From positions 1,624 through 65,623 of the forward strand of contig JAKVAO010000005.1 in NCBI GenBank assembly GCA_022447685.1: a stretch of 64,000 nt of DNA, in the 5' to 3' direction. This document shows, one piece after another, positions 1-9,721 of this stretch (positions within the stretch are counted from its first letter, which is position 1; every line of letters starts with the position of its first letter). Source of the stretch: Candidatus Caenarcanales bacterium (GTDB lineage Bacteria > Cyanobacteriota > Vampirovibrionia > LMEP-6097). Below the pieces are notes generated by a model. That model did not search any database, had not been told where the DNA came from, and saw only the letters and a program-made list of their open reading frames with translations. The translations under genes were made by a program, and so were the position numbers.

Positions 1-684
1 CCGCGTTCTTACCTTGCAGAAGATATTGAGGTTTCTAAAGAATGGCGTGAAAACTTTATCCAAACTTTCCTTGAGCGTGACATACCTAATCTCGGTATAA
101 GTATTCCAGCTAGGACTTTGAGGCAGTTCTGGACTATGCTTGCTCACTATCATGGACAAATTTTCAATGCTTCAGAAATCGCAAGAAGTATGAATTTAAG
201 TAGTCCTACTATTCAAAAGTATTTAGATATTTTGACAAATACTTATTTGATTAGATTATTGCAGCCTTGGTACTACAATACCAAGAAAAGATTGGTGAAA
301 AGCCCAAAGCTCTATTTTAGGGATTCTGGTTTATTTCACAGCTTTTTAAATATCAAAGAAGAACAAGACCTAAAAGGTCACCCTAAACTTGGAGCTTCAT
401 GGGAGGGCTTTGCTTTAGAAGAATTTATTGAACAGAATAAACTTTTAAGCCATCAGTGTTTCTTTTGGGCTACTCATAGTGGTGCTGAGTTGGATTTGCT
501 TTTTGAAAAAGAAGCCAAGCTTTTTGGTTTAGAAGTGAAATACGCTGATGCTCCTAAGCTGACCAAGTCTATGAAGTCGGCTCTTGCTGAATTAAATTTG
601 GAGAAACTATATGTTCTCTATCCAGGACAAGAAAATTACAAATTAGACACAAATGTCGAAGTGATTGGCTTAAAGAATCTATAA
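1..684 (+). CDS. ATP-binding protein, AAA_14/DUF4143 family (5'-truncated)
   Basis: Frame 1 is open from base 1 (PRSYLAEDIEVSKEWRENFIQTFLERDIP...). KRLVKSPKLYFRDSGL, GASWEGFALE and FWATHSGAELDLL...GLEVKY are typical of DUF4143-containing ATPases. Confidence 0.8.
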   Translation, partial: PRSYLAEDIEVSKEWRENFIQTFLERDIPNLGISIPARTLRQFWTMLAHYHGQIFNASEIARSMNLSSPTIQKYLDILTNTYLIRLLQPWYYNTKKRLVKSPKLYFRDSGLFHSFLNIKEEQDLKGHPKLGASWEGFALEEFIEQNKLLSHQCFFWATHSGAELDLLFEKEAKLFGLEVKYADAPKLTKSMKSALAELNLEKLYVLYPGQENYKLDTNVEVIGLKNL

Positions 685-692
685 TTTAACTT

Positions 693-1412
693 ATGAAAGA
701 AATGACTCGTAGAGATTTTTTTGGCGCGGCCGCTGTATCTGGTTTAGGTCTAGGACTTGCAAGTGTGCTTACTGGCTGTAATGAAACTAAAGTTAAAAGC
801 TTTGATATGGCTAACTTGTACCCTGTTTATCAGGACGGTGCTTATTTAGAAAAAGATTTTTCACACTTAATTGGTAAAGCCGGACTTGGCTTATCTGCGG
901 AGAATATTGAGAATCACTTGGGGCTATATAGTAACTATGTGAAGAATGTTAATAAAGCCGAGAAAGAAATGGCAGCAGGGCAAGTTAATGACTTTACTAT
1001 GAAGCATTTAGCTTTTTCTCTTAATGGCATGGCGCTTCACGATATTTATTTCTCGAATATGACTACTGAGACTACTAGTAGATCTACTGCTCTAGAGAAT
1101 GCTTTGGCTGGAACCTTTGGATCTTTTGAGAATTATATGAAAAACCTTTCTGAGCTTGCTATGCAAGTTGATGGTTGGTCACTCACAGCTTTCAATTTAC
1201 TTAATGGCAAGATTTTCAACTATGCATTGAAGCATCATAGTGATAATTTCCCTAACTTTGTAATTCCGATTCTTGCTCTTGATGTTTATGAGCATGCTTA
1301 TGTGAAGCAGTTTACTAAAGAAGCTAAAACTGAGTATATTGAAGTATTCAAAGGCATTATTAATTGGGATCTTGTTTCTCAGAGATTTGATGCTGTTAAG
1401 AATTTGACTTAA
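693..1412 (+). CDS. sod: Fe/Mn superoxide dismutase with twin-arginine signal and lipobox
   Basis: Metal-ligand motifs ENHLGLY, NGMALHDIYF and LDVYEHAY; N-terminus TRRDFF followed by a hydrophobic stretch and LTGC. Confidence 0.85.
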   Translation: MKEMTRRDFFGAAAVSGLGLGLASVLTGCNETKVKSFDMANLYPVYQDGAYLEKDFSHLIGKAGLGLSAENIENHLGLYSNYVKNVNKAEKEMAAGQVNDFTMKHLAFSLNGMALHDIYFSNMTTETTSRSTALENALAGTFGSFENYMKNLSELAMQVDGWSLTAFNLLNGKIFNYALKHHSDNFPNFVIPILALDVYEHAYVKQFTKEAKTEYIEVFKGIINWDLVSQRFDAVKNLT

Positions 1413-1476
1413 AGTTAGAGTTGTACAGAGGTCTTAGTTATCAAATTTATCTTAATTTGATATTTGTATGTGAGTT

Positions 1477-3028
1477 ATGTTGAATTCACTTAATGGCTCT
1501 TTGCCTGCTGATAAATCAGTAAATATTCAAAACCAAAACTCTACGGGAAAATCTGAAGTTCAACTCTTTTTTCATGTTCCTAGTAAAGGAAACAATGATA
1601 AAGATCTTAATGAGCGGAATAAAGTTGCTTACGGGCAGCTATTACTTCAAATGGCAAATACACCTATTCTAATCCTAGGAAAAAACCCTGTAGCTTTACC
1701 GGCGTCAGTGGTGAAAGTTTCTGGAGAGAATCAGGATGAGCAAGATCCAGTATGAGCAAGATCCAGTATCGCCAGTTTTTATAAAGGATCAGCTTATTAG
1801 AAAAGAAGTACATTTAGATGATATTAACTTGCCTTCAGAAGCAGGAATGAGAAATACTTTAGAAAAACTTATTAGTGATCCAGCCCAAAAGCTTAAATAT
1901 CAGAAAGTAGTAAATGACTTAACAGAAATTTACATGAATAACCCATCTCAAGAGATAGTGACTAAAGTGAATGCTAGTCTTGAGCAGATTAATGATGAAC
2001 CAGAGCTGATGCTCAAATACAAAGAGATAATAGAACGGTTGAGGAGAATTCATGGGGATAAAGTGCCTACTATTCTTATCATTGATAAAACTCCACATGA
2101 TTCCCAAGCAGTCTGTGATAAGGGCTTCACATACAATTCCAACCTTGAGATCAATGATGTAACTAATCAAATTTTTTTAAAGTACGACGAATTTAAGAGT
2201 TTAAGTGTTGAGGATCTTGTTGTAATTTCAAATCACGAGATGAATCATTTTATCTCACCTTTTTCAAATAATTATTCACGCAATTTTGAATCTGATTATA
2301 TTGTAAGAGTCGAGGATAAAGAAACTACTATGGGCTTAAAGAACCCTGCAAATATCTACTGGAATATCTTGGGTCAAGATTCCATTAAGCTATATTCAGA
2401 TGAAGCAAAAAAACTGTATAAAGTATACATGGACAAAGGTGAAGATTCTATTGAATTTAAAGAAGCGCTAGAGACTTCATCATCACTCCTGAAAGTCATC
2501 ACTAAATCAGCACAAGAGTTCCAAGAAACAGATTTGGTCTTAAAGTCATTAACAGCAAATTTGATTTTGAATCGAGACAATGATTATGTTTCATCAGGCT
2601 CAAATCTGAGTGACGAGTTAAAACTCAAGGCTAAAGTTCTTTCATACGAGTTTTATAATGAATCTTTGAACCTTATGGATTTATATGAACTTGATATGAT
2701 TCACAAAGCTTCAATGAGAGGGTATGCAGATATGTTAAAGCCAATGGAAGCTAATATTTTAGAGCCTCTCTATGATAAAAACATTAATAAATTTAGAGAG
2801 ATGCGGACCGCTTTAAAACAATCCCTACAGGCAAAAGATTTAAGTAAGCTTCATGAATTCTTTCTCAGCATTGATCCAAGTTTCAGACTAGGTCTTGATG
2901 ACTTAGAAGCGATATTATTTGTTGACCAAGATGATGACGGTAATGATAAAATTTACTATAATTTCCCATTAGAATTCTTTATGGATCGAGCTATAGCTAA
3001 AGTCCCAGCTGAGCCTAGAACTAACTAA
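1477..3028 (+). pseudogene. Orphan gene split by a 16-bp tandem duplication (ORFs 1477-1755 and 1736-3028); HExxH motif in the distal part
   Basis: ATGAGCAAGATCCAGT occurs at 1736-1751 and 1752-1767. Removing one copy fuses the ORFs in frame (QDEQDPVSPVFIK) into 511 aa. HEMNH lies at 2234-2248. Confidence 0.7.
1736..1767 (+). repeat. Perfect 2x16-bp tandem duplication
   Basis: atgagcaagatccagt twice, read directly. Confidence 0.97.
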
Positions 3029-3843
3029 GCCTCAACCTCAATAGCAATCTCATTTTCCCAACAAATCTTATAAACTAGATTACAAGCAAGTTCTTCTCCG
3101 ATTTCTAGAACTGTCTGCTGCTCTTCATCTCCTGGATTTGAATTCAAGGCAAACTCTTGGATAATTTCCTTGTCTTCTTCTATATAATCTAGAAACTCTT
3201 GTTTTTTCTCTTCCGTAAGCTGATCTGCATTCTTATCTCTGATGAATACACGGGTTTTATTTTCTGCTTTAGCTTTAGCCAAAAGCTTGTCATATACACT
3301 TGCATTAGTTTCAACCAATTGTTTGATTTGATAATTTAGTAGACCATTCATGCCGATAAGAGGTTTAACATGGTGTCTCACGTTGAGTATTAATTCATCT
3401 TTCCCATCAATTTTGTCGACGAAAATATCTTTCTCTATCGCTGCCTCTAGTTGATTCTTGCGGCTTTCTTGCTCTGTTTCAATCGCAGACAGTCTGTTCT
3501 CGATAGTAAGTCTATATTCTTCTAAGAAAGTGTGAAGCTCCTCGGGAGCATGAACTTCGCTGTCTATAAGTTCTTTTAGGTTTTCACCTTTATTACGAAT
3601 GATTTTGAATTCACTGATTACTTTGTCGACATCTAGCATTGAAGGTGCTTGGTCCACTAGGTTATAGAAAGATTCGAAATAATCATAGATGGTAATAGCT
3701 ACGGTTTCACCGAAAACATCACAGGATTTTTTGATTTCTTTGCAGTTATTCTGATATTCTTCACTCAGCTTACTTCCAAGTTTCTCTTCTTCTTCTTGGA
3801 CAAGATCGTTTAAAAATATTTGAATAATATCAGCGCTATTCAT
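3025..3843 (-). CDS. Hypothetical acidic helical protein
   Basis: 272-aa ORF starting 2 bp after the folP stop; no motif recognised. Confidence 0.65.
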   Translation of the reverse strand: MNSADIIQIFLNDLVQEEEEKLGSKLSEEYQNNCKEIKKSCDVFGETVAITIYDYFESFYNLVDQAPSMLDVDKVISEFKIIRNKGENLKELIDSEVHAPEELHTFLEEYRLTIENRLSAIETEQESRKNQLEAAIEKDIFVDKIDGKDELILNVRHHVKPLIGMNGLLNYQIKQLVETNASVYDKLLAKAKAENKTRVFIRDKNADQLTEEKKQEFLDYIEEDKEIIQEFALNSNPGDEEQQTVLEIGEELACNLVYKICWENEIAIEVEA

Positions 3844-3845
3844 TT

Positions 3846-4865
3846 CTATCTATGAATATTATATTCCTTAATTTGAGATGGGTGAACATGTACCCTAAAT
3901 AAATTAGCTCCAGCTTGGTAGGCTAGTTGGTTGTATTTCTCAGTCAGTAGGTCTAAAGCTTCAAGCTGGTTCTGGTAATTTAGGACTTTGCCAATACTCT
4001 GACTATCAATGATTTCCCGTAGAAAAGATTTTCTACTGGCTCCTACAAATACCTGAGATCTAAACTTTTGGATGAATTTTGGAATTAACTTGATTAGAGC
4101 ATAGCTGTGCTTGAGATTTTTGCCAAAGCCAAGACCAGGGTCGAAAATTATTCTATTGCTAGCTATGCCTTGCTTTGCTGCTCTGAGTAATAGATCTTCA
4201 TAGAATTCACAAATATTTTCATAGAAGGCCTCAAGTTCCTCTTCACTTAGATTTTCATCGTGACTCTTACCATAATTAAAGAATTTCCCTGAACGCAAAT
4301 GCTTTTTCTGCGTATAGAAATTGTCTGCGATTTCAGCGGTTTTAAGTTTCGGGGGAACGCCGACGCTGGAGTGCATGCAGATTAGTTTTAACTTATTGTC
4401 GACATCGATTTCTTTGATTACTTTTAGTTTTTCGTCGCCGCCGAAGGCTATTTCTTGAGCACCGAAACTCATTTCGTTAGTTTCGATGCTTATTTCGCTA
4501 TTGGAGAAGCCCTCTACGTCGTTGATGTAAGCGATATTCTTGTAGAAGAGAGGCTCTGAGAGTATTACCTTCATTACTTCTGCCTTGCGGGTGTCTATTG
4601 AGAGGGGGAAGTCACTCTTGGCGCAGAATACTTTGAGAAATTCTTCTAGTCGTTTAATCTCTTCCTCTGTGCTGACAGTTTCCGCTCCTGGTCTGGTGGA
4701 CTCTGCACCAATGTCGAGAACGTCTGCGCCAGCTTCTATTAAGTTTTCGGCTTTTTCCAGTAACCATTTCGAGTTGCGGAAATCTCCCTCAGCTATTCGG
4801 TCTGTACCGTCAGAGAAGGAGTCTGGAGTGATGTTTAGGATTAGGAAGTATTTTGCAGTTTGCAC
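3846..4865 (-). CDS. folP: Dihydropteroate synthase (with insertions)
   Basis: ILNITPDSFSDG, DIGAESTRPGA, SIDT, INDV, DPGLGFGK, GASRKSF, FRVH motifs. Confidence 0.95.
   Translation of the reverse strand: MQTAKYFLILNITPDSFSDGTDRIAEGDFRNSKWLLEKAENLIEAGADVLDIGAESTRPGAETVSTEEEIKRLEEFLKVFCAKSDFPLSIDTRKAEVMKVILSEPLFYKNIAYINDVEGFSNSEISIETNEMSFGAQEIAFGGDEKLKVIKEIDVDNKLKLICMHSSVGVPPKLKTAEIADNFYTQKKHLRSGKFFNYGKSHDENLSEEELEAFYENICEFYEDLLLRAAKQGIASNRIIFDPGLGFGKNLKHSYALIKLIPKFIQKFRSQVFVGASRKSFLREIIDSQSIGKVLNYQNQLEALDLLTEKYNQLAYQAGANLFRVHVHPSQIKEYNIHR
4458..4490. repeat. REP-like inverted repeat inside a folP insertion
   Basis: AGCACCGAAACT-catttcgtt-AGTTTCGATGCT, 12-bp arms with one mismatch. Confidence 0.6.
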
Positions 4866-4894
4866 TGCTTTAAATCATAGCTTAGATGCGACTT

Positions 4895-5080
4895 TTACTT
4901 ACGTCCAATAACAAATAAAGCTAAAGCAGAAAGAAAACTTATAGGGTGTTTTCTGAAGAAAAAGAAAAGGTCAGAACAGAAATCAGCTATATAGCTTTTA
5001 GTCGACCTCAAATGAATCATCTCTCTAAGTTGTCTTAGGTCTTCGTCTCTATTCTCGTCTTCAAAAATTGGGTTATACAT
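4895..5080 (-). CDS. Small hypothetical protein with hydrophobic C-terminus
   Basis: 61-aa ATG ORF co-oriented and just upstream of folP; ends ISFLSALALFVIGRK. Confidence 0.5.
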   Translation of the reverse strand: MYNPIFEDENRDEDLRQLREMIHLRSTKSYIADFCSDLFFFFRKHPISFLSALALFVIGRK

Positions 5081-5228
5081 AGTCTATGACTGTAATATGC
5101 CCAGGTTTTAGATTCGTAATATTAAATGTTTTTAAAGGAACTCTTAAATGAGGCTTATATATTTATGGAAACTTAAAATAATCTAAATAATTGATGGTCT
5201 TACTTTGATGCTTATTGATATTTTGTGT

Positions 5229-5990
5229 ATGTCTGATACTAAAATAACTGGGATAAGTGCAGGTAATAATGAACAAACAAAAAGATTAAATTCTAGCCAA
5301 ATTGCTACCGCTTTCAGGGAAAGTGGAATTAAAATAGATTCAAATCAAGAAATAAGGCGTCAAGGTAATCGAATTGTAATACCTATTTAGGTGGGAGCTT
5401 ATAAAGCCAATGTTTCTTTTGAGTCTAATGAATATAAAGGCTCAGCTTTACTTAATTCCCTAGATTTTACATTTAATCAAAAAAATGGTTCTGTAAACTT
5501 CACTGGAAATTTTAAAGGCAGTGAGATTGACAGATCTGCAAAAAATATATTGTTTCAAGCAATCGAAGGAGCAGGTATTGAGCCTAATATTTTGAATAAG
5601 AATGTTGAATCGCTGAAAACTCAAAATAATGACTTAATGCATAAAGTAGATAATAAGATTTATGAAGACCAGCAATTAATTTTAGATCTTCTAGGCTCAA
5701 CACAGAACTTTAATTTTACTGCACCTATAACTCAAAATGCTAAGCTCGATGGAGAAAGAGAGTATGTAGGAATTTTTGAGGTGTCTGATACGAACTCAGG
5801 TGAATCTTTAAGGCTAGGATTTGCTATTAATCATCCAGATGACGGGCAGGTTCATTTTAGGGTATTAAATCCTTCTGAGAATAGTAAATTTACTACGGCT
5901 GATATTATTCTTTCACCAGAGCAACTTCCTAAGAATTTTGTTAATGCCGTTCAAATGGCTGATAAATCTCCTCTTAATGTGTATAGGTAG
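5229..5990 (+). pseudogene. Orphan gene with in-frame TAG at 5388-5390 (ORFs 5205-5390 and 5391-5990 in one frame)
   Basis: ...ATA CCT ATT TAG GTG GGA GCT...; both ORFs share a frame with zero gap. The likely start is the ATG at 5229. Could also be two separate genes. Confidence 0.5.
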
Positions 5991-6015
5991 TCGTAAAATT
6001 TATATAATCATATAA

Positions 6016-8052
6016 ATGTCACGATTCGTTCCATGGAAACTTGAAAGTAAATTCGCCCCAGCGGGTGATCAGCCTAAGGCGATTCAAGAGATTTCTGAAA
6101 GGTTAGATAATGGTTGCAATAGGCAGGTTCTTCTAGGAATTACTGGAAGTGGAAAAACCTATACAGTCGCGAATATCATTACAGAAATTAATAAACCAGC
6201 TCTGGTTCTTGCCCATAATAAAACCCTCGCTGGACAGCTTTGTAACGAATTCAAAGAATTTTTCCCTGAGAATAAAGTTGAATATTTCATAAGTTACTAC
6301 GATTATTACCAGCCAGAAAGTTATATTCCTAGCTCTGACACTTTTATAGAGAAAACAGCTAAGGTTAACGATAATATAGATAGGCTGAGATACTCGACCA
6401 CAAGAGGGATTTACGAAAGAGACGATGTCTTAGTCGTAGCTTCTGTTAGTTGTATTTATGGTTTGGGGACTCCTGAATTGTATTTCAAATCAGCTATTCC
6501 GCTTGCTCTAGGTCTGGAAATAGATCAGAAAGAATTCTTAAAGAACCTGGTTGAAATTCAATACGGCAGAAATGATACTGAGCTTTTGCGTGGACTGTTT
6601 CGTGTCCGCGGTGAGATAGTGGATATCTGGCAGGCTGATGAAGAAAAGATTCTTAGAGTCGAGTTCTTCGGAGATGAGATAGAACGTCTGTCACTTGTGG
6701 ATCATGTTACTGGAGAGATAGTTGAGTTGTTAGATGAGGTGAAAGTTTTTCCAGCTAAGCATTATATGACAGATGATGATCTGGTTGAAGAAGCTGTAGC
6801 TCAAATAGAGAAAGAACTTCATGAAAGAGTAAACGATCTTCGCTCACAGGGAAAGGATTTCGAGGCTCAAAGAATTCAGCAACGTACTAAATATGATCTA
6901 GAGATGATTAAAGAAATGGGCTACTGTTCTGGGATTGAAAACTATTCTAGGATTTTTGAACGCCGTGCTCCAGGCTCTGCTCCTCAGGTACTTATAGATT
7001 ATTATAATCGCCGTTATGGAGAAGATGGTTGGGTTTGTTATATAGATGAATCACATATGACTCTTCCCCAATTGAAAGCTATGTACAACGGTGATAGAAG
7101 CCGAAAACAGGTTTTGGTGGATTATGGTTTTCGTTTACCTTGTGCACTCGATAATCGTCCACTTAAATACGATGAATTTACTGAGCGCGTGAAGAATATA
7201 GTCTACATTTCAGCCACTCCAGGTGATGAAGAGCTAGAAACCTGTGCTGATGATGTTACTGAACTTATTATTAGGCCTACAGGTCTTGTTGATCCTGAGC
7301 TTGAGGTTATCCCAACTAAAGGACAGATAGATGTGCTTATGGAAGCGGCTCAAGAAAAGATTGCTAAGGGGGAGAAGGTAATTATTAATACTCTCACTAA
7401 AAAAATGGCAGAGGATCTTAGTGATTACTTACTGGATCATGATGTCCGTGCAAGGTATTTGCATAGTGAGATTAAGGCTTTGGAGAGAATTGAAATCTTG
7501 AGAGCACTTAGAATGAATGAGTTTGATGTTTTGGTGGGAGTAAATTTACTTAGAGAAGGTATTGATTTACCAGAGGTTTCACTTGTCTGTATTATGGATG
7601 CAGACAAGGAAGGTTATCTTCGTAATTACCGGACACTGATTCAGATGATAGGTAGAGCTGCGCGAAATGCTAATTCTAAGGTTATACTTTTTGCTGATAA
7701 GATGACAGCTAGTATGGAGAAAGCGATCTCAGAAACAGAGCGTCGCCGTAAGATTCAGGTTGATTATAATACTGAGCACGGTATTGTTCCTAAGACTATT
7801 TTGAAATCTACAGCGAATCCGATTCTGGATATTTTTGCTGCAGAAAGGGTGGAAGATGTTCTTGCTTCTAGAATAGATAAGAAAGATATAGATCCTAAGT
7901 CAGGAAAGGTTTCTAAGAAACATCTGGTGAGAGCAATTGATAAATTAGAGGGCGAGATGAAGGATGCTGCTAAGAACCTTGATTTTGAGCAGGCTGCTGA
8001 GTTTAGGGATCAACTTAAGCTTCTTAGGGAGAGGCTTGAGGAGAAGGTTTAG
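6016..8052 (+). CDS. uvrB: Excinuclease ABC subunit B
   Basis: LGITGSGKT, AHNKTLAGQL, YYDYYQPESY, IDESH, GVNLLREGIDLPEV; C-terminal UVR domain LDFEQAAEFRDQL. Confidence 0.99.
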   Translation: MSRFVPWKLESKFAPAGDQPKAIQEISERLDNGCNRQVLLGITGSGKTYTVANIITEINKPALVLAHNKTLAGQLCNEFKEFFPENKVEYFISYYDYYQPESYIPSSDTFIEKTAKVNDNIDRLRYSTTRGIYERDDVLVVASVSCIYGLGTPELYFKSAIPLALGLEIDQKEFLKNLVEIQYGRNDTELLRGLFRVRGEIVDIWQADEEKILRVEFFGDEIERLSLVDHVTGEIVELLDEVKVFPAKHYMTDDDLVEEAVAQIEKELHERVNDLRSQGKDFEAQRIQQRTKYDLEMIKEMGYCSGIENYSRIFERRAPGSAPQVLIDYYNRRYGEDGWVCYIDESHMTLPQLKAMYNGDRSRKQVLVDYGFRLPCALDNRPLKYDEFTERVKNIVYISATPGDEELETCADDVTELIIRPTGLVDPELEVIPTKGQIDVLMEAAQEKIAKGEKVIINTLTKKMAEDLSDYLLDHDVRARYLHSEIKALERIEILRALRMNEFDVLVGVNLLREGIDLPEVSLVCIMDADKEGYLRNYRTLIQMIGRAARNANSKVILFADKMTASMEKAISETERRRKIQVDYNTEHGIVPKTILKSTANPILDIFAAERVEDVLASRIDKKDIDPKSGKVSKKHLVRAIDKLEGEMKDAAKNLDFEQAAEFRDQLKLLRERLEEKV

Positions 8053-8100
8053 GGTTTTGTGAAAATTCCAATATAAATTCAACAGAATAGTGCTATTATC

Positions 8101-8868
8101 TTGAGTGTAAATCTGGCTAATAATATTTTTCAAAAAACCGCACCGTATATAGTCCCATTTGTAGCACCTGGTTTAGTATTAGGCGCTTGGGCTAACAACA
8201 CTGTGACTCAAGCTAAATGCAGAGATTATGCTGGTAGTGGAGCAAGAAATCCAGGAACAGAAATGCTCCATGAGAAAAAAGATATACCAAGATTTTCGTT
8301 TAATACTCCTGAAGGGTGTAACAGGCCGATGCCACTTACCAAAGCTTTTTATACGGGAGCTGGTTTTGTCGGTGGTGGTTTGGGTGGTTTATTTGTTCCA
8401 AATCTCTTTAAAGCTAAAAAAATAATTGATGAAGAAAGAGAAGATAAAGCAATAAGTAGCGAATTGAACCCCAGAATGCAAGAAGTTGCTCAGAGAGAAA
8501 GGCTTGAAGAGCTTGAGGAGATAAAAGGGAGGCTTGAAGAAGCAGGCTATTCTGAACAAGAAATTTATTTTGCGATCACTATTCAAAATTATATAGACCA
8601 AGTTAGTTCACCTGGAACTTTTCTAGGTCAGGGAGGATTGGATCAATTTAAGCAGTTAATTAACCATTATACAGAGTTGATTAAAAGTATAAAGGATTAC
8701 CCTAAAGAAGCTCAAAATATTGTAAGTGCTATGAGGGATGTGGATTCTCTAATGAAAAATCAGAAAGAGAATATTGAAATCAGTAATAGTGATTTAGTTA
8801 GAATGCAGTCTGAAATTATTGCTTTGATGCAACCAATTCAAAAGATTATTGACTCTGCGGAAAAATGA
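8101..8868 (+). CDS. Hypothetical protein with Gly-rich hydrophobic segments and helical C-terminus
   Basis: 255-aa ORF; GAGFVGGGLGGLFVP segment. Confidence 0.65.
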   Translation: MSVNLANNIFQKTAPYIVPFVAPGLVLGAWANNTVTQAKCRDYAGSGARNPGTEMLHEKKDIPRFSFNTPEGCNRPMPLTKAFYTGAGFVGGGLGGLFVPNLFKAKKIIDEEREDKAISSELNPRMQEVAQRERLEELEEIKGRLEEAGYSEQEIYFAITIQNYIDQVSSPGTFLGQGGLDQFKQLINHYTELIKSIKDYPKEAQNIVSAMRDVDSLMKNQKENIEISNSDLVRMQSEIIALMQPIQKIIDSAEK

Positions 8869-8878
8869 CCCCTTAAAA
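8856..8878 (+). repeat. 23-bp exact repeat, copy 1 (possible regulatory site)
   Basis: TGCGGAAAAATGACCCCTTAAAA, identical to 19282-19304. Confidence 0.7.
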
Positions 8879-8908
8879 ATTAATTTTGATTGATTCATAA
8901 TTTAATTT

Positions 8909-9124
8909 ATGTCAGAAAAGGGATTCAATTTTACTGATTCAATAGCAACTCTTGCTGTTTCTGCTTTGTGTACTCCATTTGCAACTTGGATTCTAGATAG
9001 CATTTGTTATCACAAACTATATTTAAATCAAGAGTCGCGTTTGCAAGCAACTTTACTCTTATCCTTAGGTATAATTATTGTAATAGCTAGAAGCATTTAT
9101 TTAAAAAGGAGTTCAAAATGCTAG
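8909..9124 (+). CDS. Small two-helix membrane protein
   Basis: 71-aa ORF with two hydrophobic stretches. Confidence 0.6.
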   Translation: MSEKGFNFTDSIATLAVSALCTPFATWILDSICYHKLYLNQESRLQATLLLSLGIIIVIARSIYLKRSSKC

Positions 9125-9198
9125 GAGATAGTTTTTTACTTACTAGTGGTACTTTTCTTATCGCAGCTCTAGGCTTCTGGCTTGCCTTTCAGGATTAG
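9118..9198 (+). CDS. 26-aa single-helix membrane peptide (not in the ORF track)
   Basis: MLGDSFLLTSGTFLIAALGFWLAFQD*; preceded by AAGGAG and overlapping the upstream stop codon. Confidence 0.55.
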   Translation: MLGDSFLLTSGTFLIAALGFWLAFQD

Positions 9199-9255
9199 TT
9201 AAGCCTTAGTTAAGAAGTTTCTAGTCAAAATAAGTATGTTCTTATCTTTGTAGGA

Positions 9256-9651
9256 GTGGAGGCTCCATATTTTTTTAGCCTTGACGGGAGATTTAAGCTA
9301 ATGCATAAGCATGAAAGATTTAATTTTGAAGATTTTGATTTGAAGCAAATTGCTGAAGTGAATTTAGAAAATACTTTAAATAAAGCTGAGATTGAATATT
9401 CTGACGATGAAATTAACCTCATTAAAAACCAGATCAATGAAACCATCAAAAAATCTAGCCATTCTCATAATCTATTTGTTCATTCTAAGCTCAAAAACAA
9501 GAATTTGGATCAAATAGAATTACCAACTTTTAATTATTTGAGCGTGCTATGTGCTGTAAATATTTTAGAAGCTAGAAGAGGTCCTAGTCCTATCTTCAGT
9601 GCAATTAAAAAACAGGCTAATAAACAGAAAAGATTAATTGATCTTCTGTGA
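9256..9651 (+). CDS. Hypothetical protein
   Basis: 131-aa GTG ORF co-oriented with its neighbours; start uncertain. Confidence 0.5.
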   Translation: MEAPYFFSLDGRFKLMHKHERFNFEDFDLKQIAEVNLENTLNKAEIEYSDDEINLIKNQINETIKKSSHSHNLFVHSKLKNKNLDQIELPTFNYLSVLCAVNILEARRGPSPIFSAIKKQANKQKRLIDLL

Positions 9652-9721
9652 TTGAGCTTGGCTGTTAGACTTATATAGGGGCTTGTCTGTTAATTCATCC
9701 AGGTTCTATATTGTTTAAGTC

